A stretch of DNA of 64,000 nt, from NCBI GenBank assembly GCA_964601305.1, contig CAZRMW010000001.1, positions 135,450 to 199,449 of the forward strand, written 5' to 3'. Made by a program: the position numbers and the translations under genes. The stretch comes from an uncultured Candidatus Saccharibacteria bacterium. GTDB lineage: Bacteria > Patescibacteriota > Minisyncoccia > JAHISW01 > Tagabacteraceae. Below, in pieces: positions 57,946 to 64,000 of the stretch; within the stretch, counting starts at the first letter, position 1; each line of letters opens with the position of its first letter. The notes below the pieces were generated by a model. The model was given only the letters and a program-made list of their open reading frames with translations. It had not been told where the DNA came from and searched no databases.

Positions 57946-58000
57946 TCAAAAAAAGTTCTAACGTCATTCACCAGTCCGCGCATAGCCAAGAAAAGGCCCA
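57946..58000 (+). repeat. Pseudo-tRNA 3'-half repeat (GTTCTAACGTC...CCGCGCATAGCCAAG) plus hairpin; copy of the tRNA-Asp 3' end/downstream region
   Basis: Aligns with 57206-57260 (GTTCAAATCCC...TCGCGCATAGCCAAA). Confidence 0.55.
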
Positions 58001-58107
58001 ATTTTAATTGGGTTTTTTCTTGTGCTTGGATACAACAACTTGTTTTTGAGCATAAAAAAATATATAATTTTTTTAGAACAATATTAAAACAACATTGGGA
58101 GGGAAAA

Positions 58108-58350
58108 ATGTCAGAAGATGAAAAAGAGTTTAAGGTTTCAGTTTATCTTGATGATGGAAGAATTTTTTTCTACCACGTTCCTACAGCAAATAAAGCCAGG
58201 GAACATTCGGCTGCAATAGTGAAAGGTGGCTACAGACACAATGATGGAAAGGGTGAATTTGAACATTATCCTTCACATAGGATTCTTAAGGTAAAAGTTT
58301 CTGGTAACATAGTACCTACTAATTATCTAGACGGAGTAGAGGGAACTTAA
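58108..58350 (+). CDS. Small hypothetical protein (cassette 2; start MSEDEKEF)
   Basis: TTGTTT-N17-TATAAT promoter, GGGAGGG RBS. Confidence 0.45.
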   Translation: MSEDEKEFKVSVYLDDGRIFFYHVPTANKAREHSAAIVKGGYRHNDGKGEFEHYPSHRILKVKVSGNIVPTNYLDGVEGT

Positions 58351-58415
58351 TTATATCTCCTCCTTTCTTAAGCCATCTTGTTTACAAGGTGGCATTTGTT
58401 TTTCGCAACCTCAGT

Positions 58416-58470
58416 TCTAACGTCCCCCACGAGGGTGCGCATCGAAAATAAGCCTTATTTTACAAGGCTT
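58416..58470 (+). repeat. Pseudo-tRNA 3'-half repeat, third copy (GTTCTAACGTCCCCCACGAGGGTGCGCAT...) plus terminator-like hairpin AAGCCTT/AAGGCTT
   Basis: Homologous to the two junctions upstream. Confidence 0.5.
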
Positions 58471-58577
58471 ATTTTTGTCGGTTGATGAAAGTTAGAACTG
58501 AAATTGAAAAAAAGATATAATATGCTATCCTCTTAGAAAAATAGCAAACGTTGAAATCTAAAAAAAGGACGAATAAA

Positions 58578-58910
58578 ATGAATGTTTATCGAGAAAACCG
58601 AGGAAAAGAAGTAAGAGAAAAAATAAGGATAATTTTAAATAAACACGGACATTCGTATAAAAGAGAAGATGAGACAAGACATTCATGGAATGAAAAGTCT
58701 GGAAAAGAAGTCTGTTTTAATTGTGAAGGAAAGAGATTAATCATTGATTCGGGCTGGAGTTCTACAGAAGGAAAATCAGGCGGAGGAGGATGTCGGCATT
58801 ATGAGATGGTTGAGTTTAATGGAGAAATTGTTTTTTTCTACAACGAAAAAGTTGTTGATTTCAAGCCAGGAAAGTGGTTGGAGGAATTAGATAAAATTTG
58901 CGAAAAATAA
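58578..58910 (+). CDS. Small hypothetical protein with CFNCEG...GGGGCRHYE (cassette 3; start MNVYREN)
   Basis: AAGGA RBS 8 nt upstream. Confidence 0.45.
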   Translation: MNVYRENRGKEVREKIRIILNKHGHSYKREDETRHSWNEKSGKEVCFNCEGKRLIIDSGWSSTEGKSGGGGCRHYEMVEFNGEIVFFYNEKVVDFKPGKWLEELDKICEK

Positions 58911-58923
58911 ATAGCTTCAATTT

Positions 58924-58958
58924 AAAAGCGGTGCGATAATATCAATCCGCTTTTTTTG
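58924..58958 (+). terminator. Terminator of cassette 3
   Basis: AAAGCGG-loop-CCGCTTTTTTT. Confidence 0.65.
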
Positions 58959-59066
58959 TTTCTGCCGCGATCCGAGGGGGTTAAAAAGAAAAAGAGCTTC
59001 CACGAAAAAAAATTTTCCGCGAAAGCTCAAGTTATCAAAAGGTTCAAAACCTCAAGACTTCAAGGT

Positions 59067-59834
59067 TCAGTTGAACTTCCGAGAGGACGAGACACCCAAG
59101 CGGCCGCCGCGAGCGTCATCCCAGTCGTTGCTGAAGCCGAGCCCGTCCGAGCCAAAGCCACCAACGCCGACACGGCCATCGCCAGAGAACAAATCCGAGC
59201 AACGGGCATAGATGTGTTCAAACAGTCGTTCGCCCGTGTTCAGATAATGCCCGATAATTGTATAGTCCATAACACGAGCGGTTGGGGTCTCTTCGTTGTC
59301 GCCGAGCAGGGCTTGCTGTTCACCCCAGTTCTTGCTGGTGGAGTTCGGCACGATGGTCTTGCGAACCAAGTGCGAACCAACTTCGCCTTTGTCATTGGCG
59401 AATTTCTCGTTGGCATACCAGCCTTCCGTTTCGGAGTAGAAAAGTTTTTTGTTTGCTTTTCTGACATCTAGAATGGAGAGGGGAAATACGGCAACCAAGA
59501 CGTGTGTGTCTTTGGTTTCCCGAAGCTCCTGCTCACTGAACGGGATGACCGACAGGGTGGCAAGCTGGGCTCTGGTCGGTTTGACCTTGAAGTGCTGAAT
59601 GGCTTCCTGCACGCCGAAGACGGGAATACCGATTGCCCGTGCCATTTTCTCGTCGGTTGTGGGTTCATAGTCGCCTGACCGCCAGAACTTGACCAGTCTT
59701 GCCCGCATTTGCGGGTCATCAATTGGGCTCTGAAAATCCTCGTAAGTCAGCCCTGCTTCCATCAGGCGACGCAAGCACTCGCTTGTGCGTGCAATCACTT
59801 TTTCTGGTGCAGGGTTCGCAATGTATTGAGACAT
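59067..59834 (-). CDS. Hypothetical protein encoded in a ~0.9-kb GC-rich (~55% GC) island; no family recognised
   Basis: Sharp compositional shift between 58950 and 59890. Strong SD AGGAGGTG. Gly-rich C-terminus. Confidence 0.45.
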   Translation of the reverse strand: MSQYIANPAPEKVIARTSECLRRLMEAGLTYEDFQSPIDDPQMRARLVKFWRSGDYEPTTDEKMARAIGIPVFGVQEAIQHFKVKPTRAQLATLSVIPFSEQELRETKDTHVLVAVFPLSILDVRKANKKLFYSETEGWYANEKFANDKGEVGSHLVRKTIVPNSTSKNWGEQQALLGDNEETPTARVMDYTIIGHYLNTGERLFEHIYARCSDLFSGDGRVGVGGFGSDGLGFSNDWDDARGGRLGVSSSRKFN

Positions 59835-59890
59835 CGCACACCTCCTATTTTGTATTACCCAAAACGCTTGGGTTTACGACTTGTCTCTAA

Positions 59891-59946
59891 GTTGAGACGA
59901 GTGTTTCAGAAACTGCTTATTTAGCGTCCAAAACACTCATCTCAAC
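59891..59946. promoter_or_regulatory. 16-bp inverted repeat (GTTGAGACGAGTGTTT / AAACACTCATCTCAAC, 24-nt spacer) at the island boundary; tandem TTGTCAAA repeats follow
   Basis: Direct inspection. Confidence 0.5.
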
Positions 59947-60053
59947 AAACTGAACCATTTTCAAAGAACACCTCAATTATATCATTCTGTCAAATTTTGT
60001 CAAACTAAATTCAAGTTGCGCAAATCAAAAAAGCCTCACAATCGCAAGGCGTT

Positions 60054-60947
60054 TTATTTTTTGGAAGGCAACCTTCCCACTAGTTCATAAATATAGTCCT
60101 TTACATCTAATGTTGTCCTCCAGCCAAACCACTCACACATTTTACTTACATCAATCGTAGAACTATTCCTGTCCCCCTTTTTCTTCGCTTTCCAATCTAT
60201 TTCTCCACCGAAAAATCCGGCAATTTGTTTTATAGAATACGTGTTTTCAGGACCAAGACAAAAACCATCGCCAACTCCATTTTCTCCTACCATTATTAAT
60301 CCACGTACAACATCTTTTACCCAAGTAAAAGCTCTCCTCTGTTCACCTTTCCCGTATATAATAAGTTTCTTACCTTCTTGCATCGCTCTTGCATATTTAG
60401 CGATAAGAGTGCCGTATTTTTTACTGTCATTTTCTCTCTTGCCAAAAACATTATAAAAATAAACTATAGCATAAGGCATTTTAAACCAGTCTCCATAATT
60501 TTTTACCCACTCCGTATTATCTGCCTTTGATCGCGCATAGGGCGAAGAATTTATATCACCGATACTATCCCCAAATTTTGTACTAGATCCTGCATAAACA
60601 AGTTTTATTTTATGTTTTTTGCAAAAATCCAAAACTGCTCGTGTCCCCACGACATTAAATAAGTTTACAAGCCTTACATCAGTAAAACTCGTCAAAACTC
60701 GAGAATATTCTCCTAAATGATAGATAACATATGGCAAATCAATCGAATTTTCTTTTAATACTTCACCTATGCCCCCCGTAAAACCTTTTATATATCTGAC
60801 TCCTGCAATATGATTTTTTTCGCTACCAGTAAAATAATTATCCAAAGACACGACATTGTGTCCATTTTTTAATAATTCTTCTACTAAGTGCGAGCCTATA
60901 AATCCAGCTCCACCAGTTACAAGAACTATTTTATTTTTATTCGACAT
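60054..60947 (-). CDS. NAD-dependent NDP-sugar epimerase/dehydratase (SDR family; UXS/RmlB-like)
   Basis: VLVTGGAGFIGSHLV, YARSKADNTEW (YxxxK). Confidence 0.8.
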   Translation of the reverse strand: MSNKNKIVLVTGGAGFIGSHLVEELLKNGHNVVSLDNYFTGSEKNHIAGVRYIKGFTGGIGEVLKENSIDLPYVIYHLGEYSRVLTSFTDVRLVNLFNVVGTRAVLDFCKKHKIKLVYAGSSTKFGDSIGDINSSPYARSKADNTEWVKNYGDWFKMPYAIVYFYNVFGKRENDSKKYGTLIAKYARAMQEGKKLIIYGKGEQRRAFTWVKDVVRGLIMVGENGVGDGFCLGPENTYSIKQIAGFFGGEIDWKAKKKGDRNSSTIDVSKMCEWFGWRTTLDVKDYIYELVGRLPSKK

Positions 60948-60971
60948 TTTGTCCCCCTAAATTTTCAAGGT

Positions 60972-63179
60972 CTATGGATTTCTTCCAGCTCGTATTTCAT
61001 TTATAAAATACTCTCCTTGCTGTTTAAAATCTGGCGCCAACTGCATAGCTTTTTGAATATTTTTTATGGCTTCTTCCCTTTCTCCCAAATTGAGATTTGT
61101 TGCTGCTAGACTAATGTAATTTTGTGGATTTGTAGGCTCCACTTCTGTCAATCTTAGCCAAACTTTTTTCACCTTCCTGTAGTCGCCAAGCCCAACAAAT
61201 GCATTTAAAAAACTTTTGTTTAAAACCGATTCCTTGCCGTGCATCTCCTCTATCTCAAAAATAATTTCACTTGCATAGTCTTTTTGTCCTGCAGAAACAG
61301 CAACTCTTGCTAAATTAGCGCCGGCTGCAATATAATTTTTGTCTAATTCGTAGGCTGTCTTTAAAACTCCAATCGCTTTGTCTAGTTGGTTTGTAGACAA
61401 ATAAACATCTGCCATACCAAATAATATTTGTTGTTTTTTTGGAGAAAGCTCTAGCGCTCTCTCAAAAGTTTCTATAGATTTTTCAAACAAGCCGCTCCTC
61501 AAATAAATATTGGCTAAAAAAGTTTGAGTCCGAGTACTTTTTGGATGTTCTTTTGCTTGTTTTTCCATTTCCTCTATTGCTTTATTTAAAACTTTTATCT
61601 TATCTTCCTGAGAAACACTGCCACTCATGGCAATATTATTTGCATAGCCAGCAAGCTGTTCGCGGGCTTCCCCTGTACCAAAAGTATTATAAGAAAAAAC
61701 TTTGTCATACATAGACAACACCACATCAGCAGAAGCACCTCCTCGAGTAGCTCCCAAGGCCTTGAGCAAATTGTTTGAAGCTAAAATTGGCTTAACATTT
61801 GCAAAATAAATAGAAAAAATTACAAAACAAAAAACGAATGTAATAAGGATATAGGCTCCTATACTCATATCTTCTTCTTTAATTTTTTTTGCAGGTTCTT
61901 CTTGTCTGTCATTTATACTAGAAAAATGAACAAACCCCAACACAGAGAAAAACATAAAATAAGAAGTCAAATTATCAAAAACGAAAAGGTTATGGAAAAA
62001 ATAAGCGACAAAAAGAGAAACTATTGTAGCAAATTCAAACAATAGTATCTTCTTTTCTTTAAAAAGTTTTTTAAGAGCTAAAAGAGAAAAAACAAATATG
62101 CTTATGTAGGCCAAAAAGCCAAGAAGCCCTGCACTAATTAGCCAATCAAAAACAACATTATGAGATCTATCAAACCAAGCCTCCTGTTTCCATAATTTTG
62201 GCTCAAAATACTTATTAAAAACTTGATTATAATTTTCTATTCCCCACCCCATTATTGGATACTCTTGCAATCCTTTCATAGACATTCCCCAAATTGTAAA
62301 TCGAGATTCAACTGTTGTTTCTTTAAGAGATATAGAAGCTAGTCTTCCAAAAACATAGTTGTCTCTTATAAAAGGAGCGTCTTTTAAAGCAATGAATAAA
62401 ATTACCAACAAAACCACTCCTGCTCCACCAAGAAGAAAAGTTTTCTTAACTCTTTTATTTTCTGAAAAAACACCTACTAACAAGGCAAAAAGAAAAGATG
62501 CACCAATAAGTCCGAGTATTGCTCCCCTAGTAGCAGTTCTAAAAACAATAAACAGTTCAAAGAAAATTAAAGCTGCGAGGCCTGCTCTAATCCAAGTATT
62601 TTTATTCCAAAAGAAAAACAGTAAAGCAATAAAAATATTAAAAATTAAATATATAGCCAAATATCCAGAGTTACCCAAAGTAGCATCTAAGCGCACATCG
62701 CTTTGATATACAGATATTTTTCCCAAAGACTGAAGAAAACCATAGCAAGCCACCACAAAACCAACAGCCAAATTTGTGCCCAGAAAATACTTCCAAATCT
62801 TTTTTGTTTGAAAAACGCTTGTTAAAATTAAAAAGTAGGCAAAGAGGTGTATATGCCCTATAAGCCCCTCCATTCTTTCATAATTAGACCAAAAACTTCT
62901 ATATGGATCTTCACCAAATATTGTAGAAACAGACAAAAACAAAAGAACGGCAAAAAGAGAAATTAATATTGGAGAAAATTTTGGTCTATATTTTTTATCA
63001 AAAACTGCAATAAAAACCCAGAAGAAAAATAATATCTCAACTACTATTCTAAAGAAGAAGTTTTTTCCAGTAATAAACGGAAAAAACATTGAGCTAGAAA
63101 TAATAAGCGACAAGACAGGAAGTATAAACAACCCCGCAACTATGATATAAGAAATATATTTTATGGATTTTTCGGACAT
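60972..63179 (-). CDS. Polytopic membrane protein, O-antigen ligase/polymerase-like, with C-terminal TPR repeats
   Basis: About 10 TM segments over ~400 aa, then TPR-like repeats (SGLFEKSIETFERALELSP...). Confidence 0.5.
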   Translation of the reverse strand: MSEKSIKYISYIIVAGLFILPVLSLIISSSMFFPFITGKNFFFRIVVEILFFFWVFIAVFDKKYRPKFSPILISLFAVLLFLSVSTIFGEDPYRSFWSNYERMEGLIGHIHLFAYFLILTSVFQTKKIWKYFLGTNLAVGFVVACYGFLQSLGKISVYQSDVRLDATLGNSGYLAIYLIFNIFIALLFFFWNKNTWIRAGLAALIFFELFIVFRTATRGAILGLIGASFLFALLVGVFSENKRVKKTFLLGGAGVVLLVILFIALKDAPFIRDNYVFGRLASISLKETTVESRFTIWGMSMKGLQEYPIMGWGIENYNQVFNKYFEPKLWKQEAWFDRSHNVVFDWLISAGLLGFLAYISIFVFSLLALKKLFKEKKILLFEFATIVSLFVAYFFHNLFVFDNLTSYFMFFSVLGFVHFSSINDRQEEPAKKIKEEDMSIGAYILITFVFCFVIFSIYFANVKPILASNNLLKALGATRGGASADVVLSMYDKVFSYNTFGTGEAREQLAGYANNIAMSGSVSQEDKIKVLNKAIEEMEKQAKEHPKSTRTQTFLANIYLRSGLFEKSIETFERALELSPKKQQILFGMADVYLSTNQLDKAIGVLKTAYELDKNYIAAGANLARVAVSAGQKDYASEIIFEIEEMHGKESVLNKSFLNAFVGLGDYRKVKKVWLRLTEVEPTNPQNYISLAATNLNLGEREEAIKNIQKAMQLAPDFKQQGEYFINEIRAGRNP

Positions 63180-63281
63180 ACCTTTATATACGAGTATACA
63201 ACCAATTTAGCACGAGAAAAGTTTTTTGGAAACATTTTGCCCTAATATTGAATTTTAAATATAAAGTGATAGTATAAAGTA

Positions 63282-64000
63282 ATGATTTTGTCAAAAAATA
63301 AAGGGGTTTTTACCCTTCTTTTGGGAGATTTAGCTCTTTTTTATGTGAGTCTCTTTTGGGCTCTTTTTTTTCGATATTTAGGAAACATTACTTTTAGTGC
63401 GTGGGATATCCATCAACTTCCTTTTCTGTTTATACATATTGTTTGGCTTTTGGTTTTTTATGCTAGCGAAATGTACGACACAAGTATATTCCCATCTCTT
63501 AAAAAAACTTCTGAAAAAGTTCTAAAAACTATGGCTGTAGCCACTGTAGTAGCCACTCTTATTTTCTACCTAAACTTAGCCCCAGGTGTAGAAATCACAC
63601 CAAAAACAAACTTATTTATAGATGCTGGTATTTTAACAGTACTTTTAATTTTATGGAGAAGATTTTTCTGGAAACTAAACAAAAATGCATCAAAGACCAA
63701 TGCGATGTTTTTAGGAGAGTCAAAAGAAGTCGACGAAATCATAGAAAAATTAAAAATAAATCCCCACTTAGGATATTTTCCGAGCGTCGTTTTAAGTAAT
63801 TTTTCTAAAAATTTAAAGAAAATAATAAAAGAAAAAAATATACACCTAGTTGTAGCCTCAAAAAAATTTTTAGAAGATCAGGAGTATTCTAAAAAACTAT
63901 ACGAAGTAATTCCTCTCGGAGTAAGTATTATAAACCTGCCAAACTTTTATGAAATGCTTTCAGAAAAAATACCAATTTCAAGAATAAGCGAAGCATGGTT
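63282..64000 (+). CDS. Partial (5' part) polyprenyl-phosphate sugar transferase-like membrane protein, running off the right edge
   Basis: ATG at 63282. 4-5 TM helices, then a cytoplasmic region. No stop before the window end. Confidence 0.4.
   Translation, partial: MILSKNKGVFTLLLGDLALFYVSLFWALFFRYLGNITFSAWDIHQLPFLFIHIVWLLVFYASEMYDTSIFPSLKKTSEKVLKTMAVATVVATLIFYLNLAPGVEITPKTNLFIDAGILTVLLILWRRFFWKLNKNASKTNAMFLGESKEVDEIIEKLKINPHLGYFPSVVLSNFSKNLKKIIKEKNIHLVVASKKFLEDQEYSKKLYEVIPLGVSIINLPNFYEMLSEKIPISRISEAW

Noticed and set aside
58956-59471. 171-aa plus-strand ORF in the GC-rich island
   Set aside because: It is antisense to the longer minus-strand ORF, which has the strong AGGAGGTG SD. This is typical of high-GC antisense ORFs.

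Overview
The window is 64 kb of AT-rich (~30% GC) bacterial DNA with tightly packed genes, reminiscent of a small-genome (Patescibacteria/CPR-like) organism. I cannot confirm the lineage from sequence alone.

**Positions 1-19.6 kb** form a single co-directional minus-strand gene block of about 23 genes that continues beyond the left edge. It encodes:
- nine radical SAM (rSAM) genes carrying 11 rSAM domains, including one fused double-rSAM, one rSAM/SPASM enzyme and one B12-binding class-B rSAM;
- a 160-aa precursor-like protein with 27 consecutive Ser-His-Gly-type triplets (a His-Xaa-Ser repeat) and a Cys-rich tail;
- an adjacent rSAM/SPASM maturase;
- a YrdC-like plus Kae1/TsaD-like pair, a MurG/PseG-like GT-B protein and two paralogous methyltransferase-like proteins;
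- a Cys-rich membrane protein and a small GC-rich secreted repeat peptide with its own promoter.

I read this as a greatly expanded His-Xaa-Ser-type RiPP (ribosomally synthesized, post-translationally modified peptide) maturation cluster.

**Upstream of the cluster** lie nrdJ (class II RNR with a pair of DnaA boxes at its promoter), an HTH protein, a U32 peptidase and tRNA-Ser(GGA).

**The remaining 45 kb** is mostly housekeeping:
- htpX, lemA, groES-groEL, secG, an OppA-like SBP, two NYN proteins, rnj, ychF, rpsF-ssb-rpsR, recA, ftsK, an S41 protease, split transketolase, rpe and a PfkB kinase.
- Two DinJ/YafQ-like type II TA pairs, followed by tRNA-Met and tRNA-Asp.
- Three small-gene cassettes bounded by pseudo-tRNA 3'-end repeats.
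- A ~0.9 kb GC-rich island.
- Polysaccharide genes: an NDP-sugar epimerase, an O-antigen-ligase-like TPR protein and a partial sugar transferase.

**Small repeats are dense**: a RAYT (REP-associated tyrosine transposase) with 27-bp REP palindromes (one in-frame in ychF, one in-frame in the RAYT itself), a ~120-bp MITE-like element in two copies abutting start codons, a GC-rich CCCCGCCGAGCGGGG hairpin family (two copies in-frame inside CDSs), a 40-nt palindrome family, and a duplicated terminator module.

**Other notable points**: a ~630-nt ORF-free structured region (candidate ncRNA) and a TlpA-like thioredoxin gene interrupted by an in-frame TGA at its active site.
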